Of a stretch of DNA of 64,000 nt, positions 1 through 9,340 are shown piece by piece. The notes under the pieces were generated by a model that was not told the DNA's origin, did not search any database, and saw only the letters and a list, made by a program, of their open reading frames with translations. Position 1 is the stretch's first letter, and each line of letters opens with the position of its first letter. The translations under genes and the position numbers were made by a program. The stretch covers positions 124,001 through 188,000 of the IMG/VR virus record IMGVR_UViG_3300043449_002710, one strand, 5' to 3'.

Positions 1-339
1 AGAGTGAAAGATGTTGTCGCCTAAGATCAAACAGACTGGGGAATCTTGTAAGAACTCAGCCCCAAGCACAAAAGCCTGGGCGATCCCCTCAGGCCTAGGC
101 TGTTCGACATACGAAAGCTCAACCCCAAAATCCGAACCATCCCCTAAGAGGGTTTGGATGCGGGGCAGGTCTTGAGGTGAGCTGATCACTAGGATCTCTC
201 GGATGTCTGCAAGCATCAGAGTTGAAAGTGGGTAATAAATGGCGGGCTTGTCATAGACGGGCAAAAGCTGTTTGTTCACCGCTTTGGTGAGCGGGTAAAG
301 CCTTGTCCCACTTCCTCCAGCCAAAACAATCCCTTTCAT
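1..339 (-). CDS. rfbA: Glucose-1-phosphate thymidylyltransferase (runs off window); signature loop altered
   Basis: Manual translation [53 protein letters not shown]...[12 protein letters not shown]...LILGDNIF; ATG overlaps the rfbB stop (ATGA). Confidence 0.92.
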   Translation of the reverse strand, partial: MKGIVLAGGSGTRLYPLTKAVNKQLLPVYDKPAIYYPLSTLMLADIREILVISSPQDLPRIQTLLGDGSDFGVELSYVEQPRPEGIAQAFVLGAEFLQDSPVCLILGDNIFHS

Positions 340-1352
340 TTGGATCTCCTCATCGTCACTGCCTGACACCAAGCCTCGTTTTCGAGATACCACTGCACGG
401 TGTCTTTCAACCCCGCTTCAAAATTCGAATACTTGCGCTTAAAACCTAATTCTCGCTCCGCCAAAGAGTCGTCAATCGCATAGCGGTGGTCATGACCTAG
501 CCTGTCTGTCACGAATTTGATCGCGCTTTCATGCGGTTTCCCATCGGAGCGCGGGTGCATTTGATCGAGTTCTTGGCAAATCGTTTTGACGACCTCTCTA
601 TTGTTTCTTTCGGATCTTCCGCCAAAACAATAAGTGGCCCCAGGTCTTCCTTTTTCCAAAGCCAAGGAAATGCCTCGGCAGTGATCCTCGACATGAATCC
701 AGTCTCGAATATTCCCACCGTCTCCATAAAGAGGGAGGTATTTGTCGGAAAGAGCGCAAGTGATCATGTAGGGAATGAGCTTCTCTGGGAATTGTCTTGG
801 TCCATAATTGTTTGAGCAGTTGGTGATGATTGTAGGCAGTCTATAAGTATGATGCCAAGCGCGGACCAACATATCACCTGAAGCTTTGGAAGCCGAGTAA
901 GGAGAGTTAGGCAGGTATGGGCTTTCTTCTGTGAAAAATCCTGTTGAGCCTAAAGAACCGTAAACCTCATCGGTTGAGACTTGGAGAAACTTGAAGTCTT
1001 TTTTCCTGCCTTCGGTATTCCAATATTCCAAAGAAGCCTGCAAGAGAGTGAAGACGCCTTGGATATTGGTTTCGATGAAAGCAGACGGATGATCAATGGA
1101 GCGATCGACATGGGATTCTGCAGCGAAGTTCACCACCGCATCCACAGAATATCGATTCAAGATCCCGCTCACCAAAAAAGAATCACAGATGTTCCCTGTG
1201 ACAAAGTCTAGCTCCAAGCCCTCTAGGTTTTCTCTGTGTCCCGCGTAGGTCAGAGCATCGAGCACGACGATCTGATCGCCTTGCTCTAGTCTTTGACGAA
1301 CAAAGGTGCTTCCAATAAACCCAGCCGCCCCAGTCACAAGAAGAGTCGCCAT
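336..1352 (-). CDS. rfbB: dTDP-glucose 4,6-dehydratase
   Basis: [42 protein letters not shown] motifs. Confidence 0.97.
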   Translation of the reverse strand: MATLLVTGAAGFIGSTFVRQRLEQGDQIVVLDALTYAGHRENLEGLELDFVTGNICDSFLVSGILNRYSVDAVVNFAAESHVDRSIDHPSAFIETNIQGVFTLLQASLEYWNTEGRKKDFKFLQVSTDEVYGSLGSTGFFTEESPYLPNSPYSASKASGDMLVRAWHHTYRLPTIITNCSNNYGPRQFPEKLIPYMITCALSDKYLPLYGDGGNIRDWIHVEDHCRGISLALEKGRPGATYCFGGRSERNNREVVKTICQELDQMHPRSDGKPHESAIKFVTDRLGHDHRYAIDDSLAERELGFKRKYSNFEAGLKDTVQWYLENEAWCQAVTMRRSK

Positions 1353-1378
1353 GACTAGGGTTTTACTAGAATCGCTAC

Positions 1379-1750
1379 TTATTTTTTATCGGCTGCATCC
1401 ATTTGGCGGCAGATCTTCTTGGCCCAAGACCAACCCGCATTTCCGCCCCAGAGAAGCCAAGCCACGTACCCCGCAGTCGTGTCATCGCCTTTGTATTTTA
1501 AATCGTCGGATTGATGGCGATCGAAGTAAGCTTTCATCCTACGCACAGTCGAAGGGGACAGAACCTTCCGATTGGAAAGATCCCTAGCTCTAGCGACACC
1601 CACTTCGGTCCCACCGCGATTGAGTTTCTTTCTTAACTCCAGCCCTCTTTTGGCATTGGAAGCCATCTGCTCAGTAGGTTTGAAGTTAATATGCTTATAT
1701 TTTTCAGGCGAAGAAGCTAATATTTTTTCTAGTGTGGGGTATTTAGACAT
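1379..1750 (-). CDS. Phage protein with N-terminal YP tag (candidate internal head protein)
   Basis: Starts MSKYPTLEKILAS; GGTEVGVARA...RRMKAYFDRH...AWLLWGG block typical of phage hypothetical proteins. Confidence 0.7.
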   Translation of the reverse strand: MSKYPTLEKILASSPEKYKHINFKPTEQMASNAKRGLELRKKLNRGGTEVGVARARDLSNRKVLSPSTVRRMKAYFDRHQSDDLKYKGDDTTAGYVAWLLWGGNAGWSWAKKICRQMDAADKK

Positions 1751-1765
1751 AAACTAACAATAAGC

Positions 1766-2311
1766 TTATTGTTTTTTCACCCCGTAGAAATATAAATCCC
1801 TAGGATAAGAATTCACGAAAAAAGCAAACTCACTGAAAATGGCGTCCACGTGCAAGACTTGGCGAATATCTTTTTCGGTCAAATTCTTATAGTAATCAAA
1901 CCAATCGCCATGCGCCGCCAAGAGCGGGGCAGAGTTAGGATCTGTCCTGCGCGTGCCGTGTTCTGGCCTGCCTTCAGTTGCGCAGGTGAAAAGAAACAAC
2001 CCACCTGGGGTCAGCATTCGAACGATGTTCTGAAGTGAAAGCGCGTAGTGCTGATCGTGCTCGAAGCACTCTGTTGAAATGATGGTGTCGTAAGACCCGT
2101 CAGGGGAATCCAATTCGTGAGCTTTGCAGACTTTATCTACGTTTTTCCCCTCACCCACATCGATTCCAAAGTAAGAACAATTCTCAAACAAGAACCTATT
2201 GTTCCCATTGATGTCCAAAGACCCCACATCGAGTACCCGTTTTCCAACGAAGTGCTCTGGAAGCTTGGCCTTAACTCTCTTACAAAAATCCATCTGTTGT
2301 GGGTGCGCCAT
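1766..2311 (-). CDS. Class I SAM-dependent methyltransferase
   Basis: VLDVGSLDING, YDTIISTECFEHD, LTPGGLF; start moved to MAHPQQ at 2311 after SD GAGGGG. Confidence 0.85.
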   Translation of the reverse strand: MAHPQQMDFCKRVKAKLPEHFVGKRVLDVGSLDINGNNRFLFENCSYFGIDVGEGKNVDKVCKAHELDSPDGSYDTIISTECFEHDQHYALSLQNIVRMLTPGGLFLFTCATEGRPEHGTRRTDPNSAPLLAAHGDWFDYYKNLTEKDIRQVLHVDAIFSEFAFFVNSYPRDLYFYGVKKQ

Positions 2312-2340
2312 CCCCTCAATTAACCAAAATCGAAACGGTT

Positions 2341-2559
2341 TTAACCTAACTCTTGGCGGATTTGTCTGAAGGCCGACATCCAATTACGGGTAGATCTCGG
2401 GTCATCGCTTCGGGTTTGGCGAGGGACCACAATCACTTTACGGTCTTTGACCCACATCTCGCCGTGGCGGACTCTGCGCACGTAGACAAAACCCTCTTCT
2501 CGTAAGAGCCTGATCTTGTCTCGGTACTTCGGGGCCTGCTTGATCATGGGCCAATTCAT
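2341..2559 (-). CDS. HicA-like small protein
   Basis: LLREEGFVYVRRVRHGEMWVKDRKVIVVP pattern, 72 aa. Confidence 0.5.
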   Translation of the reverse strand: MNWPMIKQAPKYRDKIRLLREEGFVYVRRVRHGEMWVKDRKVIVVPRQTRSDDPRSTRNWMSAFRQIRQELG

Positions 2560-2608
2560 TTAACACGAGGCCCTATTTTTATAAATAGATTTATTTGATC
2601 AGGTAATC

Positions 2609-2650
2609 TTTACAAGCCTTTACAAATCTTTACAACGGTTTACAACCGTT
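2609..2650. repeat. Four TTTACAA repeats at 10-bp periodicity
   Basis: TTTACAA at 2609, 2619, 2629, 2639. Confidence 0.9.
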
Positions 2651-2651
2651 T

Positions 2652-3077
2652 TCATTCTTCAGGCAATTCCAATAGCAGATCGTACCACTCACGATAGGTG
2701 GGCTCGTCTTTTTCGGACACCGAAAAGAAGATCCCGGCAGGCAAGTCGTCCCCGGAGGGTTCCATCCCGGTCACCCCAAGAAACATATTGTAGATCCAGT
2801 CTCCGTCGCCTTCTCCGTTAAAGAAGGCTGTTTCTGGGATCAACTTTTCCTTTTTCAGCAAAGCTTCAATGTAATCTTTGGAGTCCTTGTCATTAAGTTT
2901 TCTCAAGGGCATTAAAACTGTCCCAAGCTTTTTCCCTGGAGATACTGTTCTCTGTTCCCCATCGATGGCTTCGTGAATGTCGAAAGCCAACTTTTTGTTT
3001 CCTAATTTAATATATTTTTGAGTCTTGGGACCCCATTTTTCTGAGGCCAAGACTTTTTCGACGGTGGGATATTTCAT
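2652..3077 (-). CDS. YP-tagged hypothetical protein, paralog of 3074..3511
   Basis: MKYPTVEKVLAS; shares LGNxKL, YxEALLKKEK, GxGDGD, GIF blocks with its neighbour. Confidence 0.75.
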   Translation of the reverse strand: MKYPTVEKVLASEKWGPKTQKYIKLGNKKLAFDIHEAIDGEQRTVSPGKKLGTVLMPLRKLNDKDSKDYIEALLKKEKLIPETAFFNGEGDGDWIYNMFLGVTGMEPSGDDLPAGIFFSVSEKDEPTYREWYDLLLELPEE

Positions 3078-3511
3078 AATTTTTCCCCAGTCTCAATCTC
3101 GTAACCAATTTTCTCCCACTCGTTTACCAGAGGGAGATCCTCTTCGGCGAGAATCAGGAAAATGCCCGACACCTCAAAATCATTGTCGTCATAAACCCCT
3201 TGGGTTTCCAAAAACAGATTGTCTCGGTCCCCGTCCCCTCCCCCCGTCAGTCGAGCGACACTAGAGATGATCTTTTCTTTTTTGAGTAAAGCTTCGAGGT
3301 AGGGATCGAGTTCATCGACATGGACTCCGATGATTTTTCGCATCGGTATTTCAATCGATCCGCGAGAAGCCCCTGGCTCTGGGAACCTTCCCCCATCTGC
3401 CAAATAGACGTGGTAGGTCAACTTCTGGTTGCCAAGCTCAAGATGCTTTTTCTGAAGCGGCGCTAGATCGTTGGAAGCCAAAATTTTTTCGACGGTAGGA
3501 TAGGCACGCAT
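3074..3511 (-). CDS. YP-tagged hypothetical protein (start corrected to 3511)
   Basis: MRAYPTVEKILAS directly after GATTATTTTAGAGAT; aligns with 2652..3077. Confidence 0.75.
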   Translation of the reverse strand: MRAYPTVEKILASNDLAPLQKKHLELGNQKLTYHVYLADGGRFPEPGASRGSIEIPMRKIIGVHVDELDPYLEALLKKEKIISSVARLTGGGDGDRDNLFLETQGVYDDNDFEVSGIFLILAEEDLPLVNEWEKIGYEIETGEKL

Positions 3512-3528
3512 ATCTCTAAAATAATCTA

Positions 3529-3927
3529 CTACCTGTGCTTGCGCGGTTTGCGGTGGTTGGCTTCTTCTTTCGTAACGAGGGCTTTGAAATAGCTCGCCCA
3601 TTTCTTATCCACCGGATTCTTTTCACAAAACTGTAGCAATAACTGAACGATTCTTTCCAAGCCATAAGTTCCTACAATTTCTTCCATAGTCTGAAGATCT
3701 GTCTTGGTAAATTTCCGAGTTTGTTCTTCAATCGTTTGTCTATTTTCCAAGAGAAACGTCACGTACTCGTTTAAAGTCATGGTGCTGCCATTGTTTTGAA
3801 TCTCCTTCTGGAGATCCATTTTCAGCTCGCTTTTCAACGTGGGGTCTAGTCTGAGAAACAACGGCACTTTTTTGATTTTCTTTTTTCTTACCATATCAAA
3901 ATCCCTTCTAGAGAGAGAGATTAACAC
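3529..3927 (-). CDS. Hypothetical protein, possible ribbon-helix-helix DNA-binding N-terminus
   Basis: PLFLRLDPTLKSELK...TLNEYVTFLL pattern; true start possibly MVRKKK. Confidence 0.45.
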   Translation of the reverse strand: MLISLSRRDFDMVRKKKIKKVPLFLRLDPTLKSELKMDLQKEIQNNGSTMTLNEYVTFLLENRQTIEEQTRKFTKTDLQTMEEIVGTYGLERIVQLLLQFCEKNPVDKKWASYFKALVTKEEANHRKPRKHR

Positions 3928-4236
3928 TGGTAGTCAAAAAAATGCTATCAAAAAATGCTATCTACTTTTAAACTTATTTAATTAAACCATAAGGGTTTTA
4001 ATAACTTGTAAAATATCATCGGCATCGAACTGATCGAACACTTCCGCGTCCTTTAGGCTCGCGGCGATCTTCTGATCCAAGACCTCGTCGGCCTGAGGTT
4101 TCTGCGAGCGCTTTTCCTCTTTGCACACCGGGCAAAGTCTCCAGGCGTTTTTCTGGTTTTTGAGTCTCCGCTCGAAATTCCGATCTACGTCTTCCCAGGC
4201 ACGGGAAACCCCACAAGGCCAAGCTTTGCCCCGCCT

Positions 4237-4536
4237 TTGAGCGTGGTCTGGGATGAAGACGAGGGGGTTTATTTTCTGGTCTTGGACTTTGGCGGCAAGG
4301 GGGATCTCTGGGAGATCAAGCCCAATGGGGATTCTGCCTTCGTCAGCTCCTTCACAGGCGAGTTCCAACCAAGCCCAGGTCAGATCGTCTATGACGACCA
4401 CGGAAACCGAAACTACAAAGACTATGTCGAGATTGAGGTCATCCGAGCGATCTTAGATATCACCGAGCCCGGGTGGGATGCGCCTCGGCCCGGGGAGCCC
4501 GATTGGGTTGATCCCGATTTAAAAGGCGAGGCCTGA
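4237..4536 (+). CDS. Hypothetical protein
   Basis: Protein-like composition; overlaps antisense ORF 3982..4401, so the real gene is uncertain. Confidence 0.35.
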   Translation: MSVVWDEDEGVYFLVLDFGGKGDLWEIKPNGDSAFVSSFTGEFQPSPGQIVYDDHGNRNYKDYVEIEVIRAILDITEPGWDAPRPGEPDWVDPDLKGEA

Positions 4537-4541
4537 TCTGT

Positions 4542-4751
4542 TCATTCCTGAGTGCAGGCTTCACACTGGCATTTTGTGATTTCAACCAAGCGTTTGAGGC
4601 AAGCGGTGGGGGAATTTTCATGGATCACGTGGGTTGCCGGGTCGCATTGAAATCCGGCCTTCAAATAGACCCAAAAACCATCGCCCAAGCTTCTTTCGTC
4701 CGAGATGGAATCGACACGCTTATCGCTGAGTATTCGCGCCACAGCTTTCAT
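4542..4751 (-). CDS. Small hypothetical protein with C-terminal Cys cluster
   Basis: ORF track; sigma70-like promoter immediately upstream. Confidence 0.55.
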   Translation of the reverse strand: MKAVARILSDKRVDSISDERSLGDGFWVYLKAGFQCDPATHVIHENSPTACLKRLVEITKCQCEACTQE

Positions 4752-4757
4752 AGAAAT

Positions 4758-4785
4758 AGGATAACGCTTAGCGTTACGAAGTCAA
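4758..4785 (-). promoter_or_regulatory. Sigma70-like promoter with palindromic operator
   Basis: TTGACT-16-TATCCT; perfect IR TAACGCT-T-AGCGTTA at 4762..4776. Confidence 0.6.
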
Positions 4786-4808
4786 GGCTAAATGCGCTTA
4801 GGTGAAGC

Positions 4809-6566
4809 TTAATCCTCATCCGATTTGTAGTACGCAAACGGAAGCCCTTTGCAGAGAGTCCCCTTTTTAATCGCCTTGATGATAGCAGCCGATGTCACCC
4901 CCAAAAAGTCGGCTGCGTGTTTAGGTGTGTAAAAACAGATATTCGTGGAAACTACACGGCAAGCGGATCTCAAGGGACGGGCTTTCTTGGGGGCAGAACC
5001 GTTTTCCCTAAGCCACCTAGCCTTGACCTCGGGCCTAGCCTCTCCACGCAGCACGATATTGATCCAATTCTTATCGATACCGAGCTGATCCGCGATCTTG
5101 GCTGACGGAATTCCGAGTGCTTTGAGTTTGAAGGCTTCGAGCAAATCTTCTTCTGGGATTTGGGTGTAGTCTCTTTTTTTTGGTCCATTCCAAGCTTTGA
5201 AGCGTTCAGTCTTTCGTTCTTTACTAATAAACGAATGAATAGACCCAATTTTATACTTTGACTCAATTTCTTTGACCGAGAGATTGTTAATAAAATAATC
5301 TGAAAAAATGGCACGTATCTCTTTTTCAGTTCTTTTTTTCTTCGAAGTATTCACTTCTATATGAGAAAATTTCTTTTTCCGCTCTGGGTCTATTTTCCCA
5401 TTCAGCAAATGATTTACATAGGTACGACTTGTCTTCAATTCACTCGCTATTTCGGATAACGATTTACCAGATTGGAATAAATTAAAAATAGCGTCTTTTT
5501 CAATTTCAGACATAACCCTTGGTCTAGCTAAGGGCCCGTGCTCTTCCTCAAATCTTCTTAGTAAATGAGGCCTTATTTTACCTGCTTGAATATGTTGAAT
5601 ATAACCAGGGCTCACAGATAAAATTTTTGAAATTTGCTTTAAAGATTTGCCTTTTTTTCTAAGAAAAAAGCTATCCATCAAAACCTTATCTGGTATTAAG
5701 TATGACTCGAAATCATACCCTCGATTCACGTTGTACCCGTTCTCAGTGTGATGAGATTTTAGCTTCTCAATCCACAAAGCTTCCTTGTCTTGAAGTTCTT
5801 TCAATGTCGATGCTGTATCTATTTCCTCGATCCAGAAATTTTCTAATCCAATAGATCGAATCGCTGAATGTATCGGCAAGGGGCTTCCGTTTGTGGAGTC
5901 ATAAGTATGTCGCTGAAATCTGCGAGTTAAGGCCTGAGTAGTCATTCCAACGTAAAGTTTATCGTTTATCTTGTTTTTGATACAATAAATGCTTCCGTGT
6001 ACTTCGGGGTTGCTCGGTTTCAATACATACTTGAAAATTATTTTGGGGGTTTCTTCCACTCGAACCAAGCCAATAGACTCAGCGTATTCTTTTTCTTTTG
6101 TGGACAACCTAACCGCTTTTTGCCAAATATTTTTTTTGTGAATGTAAGAATTTTTTGAATCCGTGTAATGATAAGATGACCGAGTTTTTCCAATTTCTAA
6201 AAAATTGGACGCTTTATAAATAGCTCCACTATGGCCAACTGTAGGATCTGCATAAGATATAACACTGCTGTATTGGGTATTAAGCCTCAACCACTTCAAG
6301 CATTTGCTAATAAAAAAACTAGCTGTGTTTTTGGGCGCTTCTGGCAGAATGACTAACCTACTGAGTTCAATGGCCCGACCATACCTGAGCGCGGATTGAT
6401 GCCTGCTAAAAGAAGAAAAAGTACAGGCACCTAAAAACTTATTTTCTGAATCAAACAAACCAAAACAATGAATGACCGATCGGGAATAAGTCTTAGAATA
6501 ATGATTCTCCGCGATAAATTTTCCTACTTTTTGATCGAACTCAATTCGTCTAACTTCTAGGTTCAT
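4809..6566 (-). CDS. Mom-family (GNAT-like DNA modification) domain fused to GIY-YIG endonuclease with multiple HTH repeats
   Basis: HYS, IELSRLV, ISYADPTVGHSGAIYKASNF (Mom); GSIYCIKNKINDKLYVGMTT..RRF..H, GYN (GIY-YIG); repeated GKSLxxIxxxL HTH units. Confidence 0.8.
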   Translation of the reverse strand: MNLEVRRIEFDQKVGKFIAENHYSKTYSRSVIHCFGLFDSENKFLGACTFSSFSRHQSALRYGRAIELSRLVILPEAPKNTASFFISKCLKWLRLNTQYSSVISYADPTVGHSGAIYKASNFLEIGKTRSSYHYTDSKNSYIHKKNIWQKAVRLSTKEKEYAESIGLVRVEETPKIIFKYVLKPSNPEVHGSIYCIKNKINDKLYVGMTTQALTRRFQRHTYDSTNGSPLPIHSAIRSIGLENFWIEEIDTASTLKELQDKEALWIEKLKSHHTENGYNVNRGYDFESYLIPDKVLMDSFFLRKKGKSLKQISKILSVSPGYIQHIQAGKIRPHLLRRFEEEHGPLARPRVMSEIEKDAIFNLFQSGKSLSEIASELKTSRTYVNHLLNGKIDPERKKKFSHIEVNTSKKKRTEKEIRAIFSDYFINNLSVKEIESKYKIGSIHSFISKERKTERFKAWNGPKKRDYTQIPEEDLLEAFKLKALGIPSAKIADQLGIDKNWINIVLRGEARPEVKARWLRENGSAPKKARPLRSACRVVSTNICFYTPKHAADFLGVTSAAIIKAIKKGTLCKGLPFAYYKSDED

Positions 6567-6603
6567 TCAATAAATCATATCACTGGAAAACACTTAAAAC
6601 AAA

Positions 6604-6640
6604 TAAAAAAGCCGGGAAGGTTTCTCCCCGGCTTTCTTAA
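6604..6640. terminator. Rho-independent terminator after the capsid gene
   Basis: AAAGCCGGG...CCCGGCTTT stem with flanking A/T tract. Confidence 0.8.
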
Positions 6641-6660
6641 TACTTCTATATACTTAGCAA

Positions 6661-7770
6661 TTATACACGAACTCCGTGTACGCACGCTCTGCCGTTGCCG
6701 ATGGCCAAGCCCATGATTTTCTGCATGTACCAGCCGCGCTCAGGCTTGCCGATCAAGTACATATTGATCGGAGCAGTGGTCACGTCTTTACGAACCGTTT
6801 GAGCGCCGAGAACGTTCGGAGCGGAGAGGAAGTAGAATTCCCCTGCGTTCAGAACCTTCAAGGTGTCATAACGGAAGCCGTCCGTGATGAGGTTGACGCC
6901 GTAGATCGAACCCAGGGAACCCGACATGATGATCTCACGCTTGGTGACCGGATCGAAGTAGGTGGCGAATTCTGGATCAGCCAGGATGTCGTTCCAGAGG
7001 TCCATAGCAATTAATCCAGTTGCGGCTGGGTTACCCCATTGCTGGATCTGTGTACGAGCCTGAGCGAAAACGCTCGGGGAGAAAGTGGTGAAGCCGACGA
7101 GGTCGTTGTACGAAGTAGCAGCGACATCGAGGAGCGACTTGAACACTTGGTCTTCTTTCACCATGAGCTGCTCCAGGCCGTCGATGTATTTGTCATCGAG
7201 GAGGTCGCCTGGGGCCTGTTCAAGTTCACGGTCTTCGATCAGAATGTGAGCCTTGACGTAGAACTCATCTGGGAAGAGGTAGGACTGATTGATCTGGGAT
7301 GTAGCCATTCCAGAATCAGTGACAGCGTAGAAAGCCATCACGTCCTTTTTACGGATGCGCAGACGACCGATTTCGCCTTTTTTGAGGTCCTTGCGCATGA
7401 CGCACTTGCGGAGGAAGCCATCGCGACCCATAGCCTCTAAAATTTCGTCCCCTAAGACTTCCCCGACAACGCGCCATGTTTCGCCGGTCTTGTCGGCCAT
7501 AGCAGCTTCAACGAGTTCTGCACGCTGATTGGCGAACTCGTGCTGTTCCTGGACTTCGCCCGAGGTAGCAGCCAAGGCGAGAGCGCCGATACGCTGCATG
7601 AGTTCCTTTTTGGAACCAGCGTTGATTTCGCCGTTCTTGTCTTCGAAAGAACCAGCGCCAGCTTCGACTTTACCGGACTTATTGATGTGCAGAGCAGTTT
7701 TGCTCTCGGACAGTTCGTTGCCCGAACGGGTCACAACGACCGTCTTTTTTGTGTAAGGATTGGTAGCCAT
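6661..7770 (-). CDS. Major capsid protein (jumbo phage type)
   Basis: 369 aa, strongly biased codons, own terminator, HK97-like pattern (GxLGxIYGVNLITDGFR..L.VL..GE.Y); same strand as scaffold-like gene. Confidence 0.72.
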   Translation of the reverse strand: MATNPYTKKTVVVTRSGNELSESKTALHINKSGKVEAGAGSFEDKNGEINAGSKKELMQRIGALALAATSGEVQEQHEFANQRAELVEAAMADKTGETWRVVGEVLGDEILEAMGRDGFLRKCVMRKDLKKGEIGRLRIRKKDVMAFYAVTDSGMATSQINQSYLFPDEFYVKAHILIEDRELEQAPGDLLDDKYIDGLEQLMVKEDQVFKSLLDVAATSYNDLVGFTTFSPSVFAQARTQIQQWGNPAATGLIAMDLWNDILADPEFATYFDPVTKREIIMSGSLGSIYGVNLITDGFRYDTLKVLNAGEFYFLSAPNVLGAQTVRKDVTTAPINMYLIGKPERGWYMQKIMGLAIGNGRACVHGVRV

Positions 7771-7978
7771 GGTAGCTCTCCTAAAGTTGTTAGAATCGAT
7801 TCAAATTTTCAGGTTGAGCCGTAATTCAATTATTCAGGGCTACTTCCTGTCAGCAGCCTTTGGCCCTTCTTAATTGGGAAATAATACTGTGTTGGGAGGT
7901 CTTTTAATTTTTAGGTAGGAGGGGGTCTTGAGCTAATGAAAAAGGGAGATGGTGTTATCCATCTCCCTTTCATTTTGG

Positions 7979-9316
7979 TTACCCAGAATACGGAACAGTG
8001 ACGCTATTGAAGGAGAAAGAAGTTCTGGCTTTTGCTGCAAATTGGATTTGGACATAGCCATAGTTGGCGGGAAGAGCTTGGTCCGCCAACAAGGTCGCTG
8101 CCTGAGACAAAGACGCTGTCTGAGAATAATTAACATCAGGCATATCCATATTGGCAGAATTCATTCCGTCCATATACCCCATATCCATCGTGTAATCCAT
8201 GTTGTTAGTGTAGTTCTGACCCACTGCAGCCGCAATCCCAGGGTAATTTTGCAAAAGGTACTGCTTTTGAGTTGGATATAAGTTGGCATCTGCCCAGAAA
8301 GCTACGGGATCGTTCCACTGTGCTAAAACCCAATCGATATAAAACGCATTCACATATTTGAAAAGGATATCGCTTGTAATGCCATTTACAGTCTCCCCGG
8401 CTGTAAAATTTGAGGTGGAGGCACTAGCATAAGAAAGGGAAGTGAGCTTCACCGTTTTACCTACGAGTTGTGGAACAACGCTAGTGAAACTAGCAGAATA
8501 ATAAGACTGACCAAATCTAATACCCGGAGACCAAGTTGAAGAATCAATATCACCATTGATCAGTTTATTTGAGACTGAATAGTATGATAAATTCTTACCG
8601 CTAACTTCATTACCACTACCGTTTCGAACGTACTCAAAATCCCAATAATCGCCAGCGTTAACTTGCAATGGCTGAGCTAAAGCCGCCATTCCGGTAAAAT
8701 AAAAAGCTTCTGCTAATGGACCATTAAAAATAGTGGAGTTGGACTGATCTTTAACAGTAAGAGAAACGGATGAAGGCAAAAACTGAATGTACTCAATATA
8801 CATCGATTGAGCGAAAGTGACCCTAAAACTAATTACATCACCCGCATTAAGATTTAATTGGTCTCCAGCAAACGATAGATTATACGAGTTGAATAGCTGG
8901 GTAGCTGGGTTGGTATTGTAGATAGTAACAGAGTTTCCGCCTGCTGCAGCAGGAGCAATACCAGTGGAGGCAGCTAAGTTCGGGTAAGTAACCAAAAGCT
9001 TGCCACGATTGATGACTAAGCTACCGCCATCGAAGTCGATAAGCATGATCTTGATGATCTGGAAGTCAGATCTCGATTTCGCGGAGAACTCAATGTAATC
9101 GGTAGGCGTGGCATCAGCAAAGTTGAAAACAAGAGTCTTGCTTTGACCGCCTAAAGTAGAATGATAATCCACCAAGACTTGTTTGATATTTTCCCCGCTG
9201 TTCTGAGTCCAGAAGCTATCAGCTTGGACTTCAGGCAATGCGAGAACATCAGCTTTGATCAAGGTGACCTGAGCAGGAGCACCTTTGGTTACGGCTGGAA
9301 CATTTAAAAGCGACAT
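7979..9316 (-). CDS. Putative virion structural/decoration protein
   Basis: Beta-rich S/T/N composition; GTTATTATTA at 9353..9362 and SD upstream. Confidence 0.5.
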   Translation of the reverse strand: MSLLNVPAVTKGAPAQVTLIKADVLALPEVQADSFWTQNSGENIKQVLVDYHSTLGGQSKTLVFNFADATPTDYIEFSAKSRSDFQIIKIMLIDFDGGSLVINRGKLLVTYPNLAASTGIAPAAAGGNSVTIYNTNPATQLFNSYNLSFAGDQLNLNAGDVISFRVTFAQSMYIEYIQFLPSSVSLTVKDQSNSTIFNGPLAEAFYFTGMAALAQPLQVNAGDYWDFEYVRNGSGNEVSGKNLSYYSVSNKLINGDIDSSTWSPGIRFGQSYYSASFTSVVPQLVGKTVKLTSLSYASASTSNFTAGETVNGITSDILFKYVNAFYIDWVLAQWNDPVAFWADANLYPTQKQYLLQNYPGIAAAVGQNYTNNMDYTMDMGYMDGMNSANMDMPDVNYSQTASLSQAATLLADQALPANYGYVQIQFAAKARTSFSFNSVTVPYSG

Positions 9317-9340
9317 GAGGCATTCTCCCTCGGTAGGTAA

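Noticed and set aside
7979-9316. YPNLAAS and YPGIAAAVG as YP tags (also FPNLAKEF in 59122..62784 and YPTLKSV near 12430)
   Set aside because: Partial matches lacking the paired hydrophobic positions or a terminal context; not counted.
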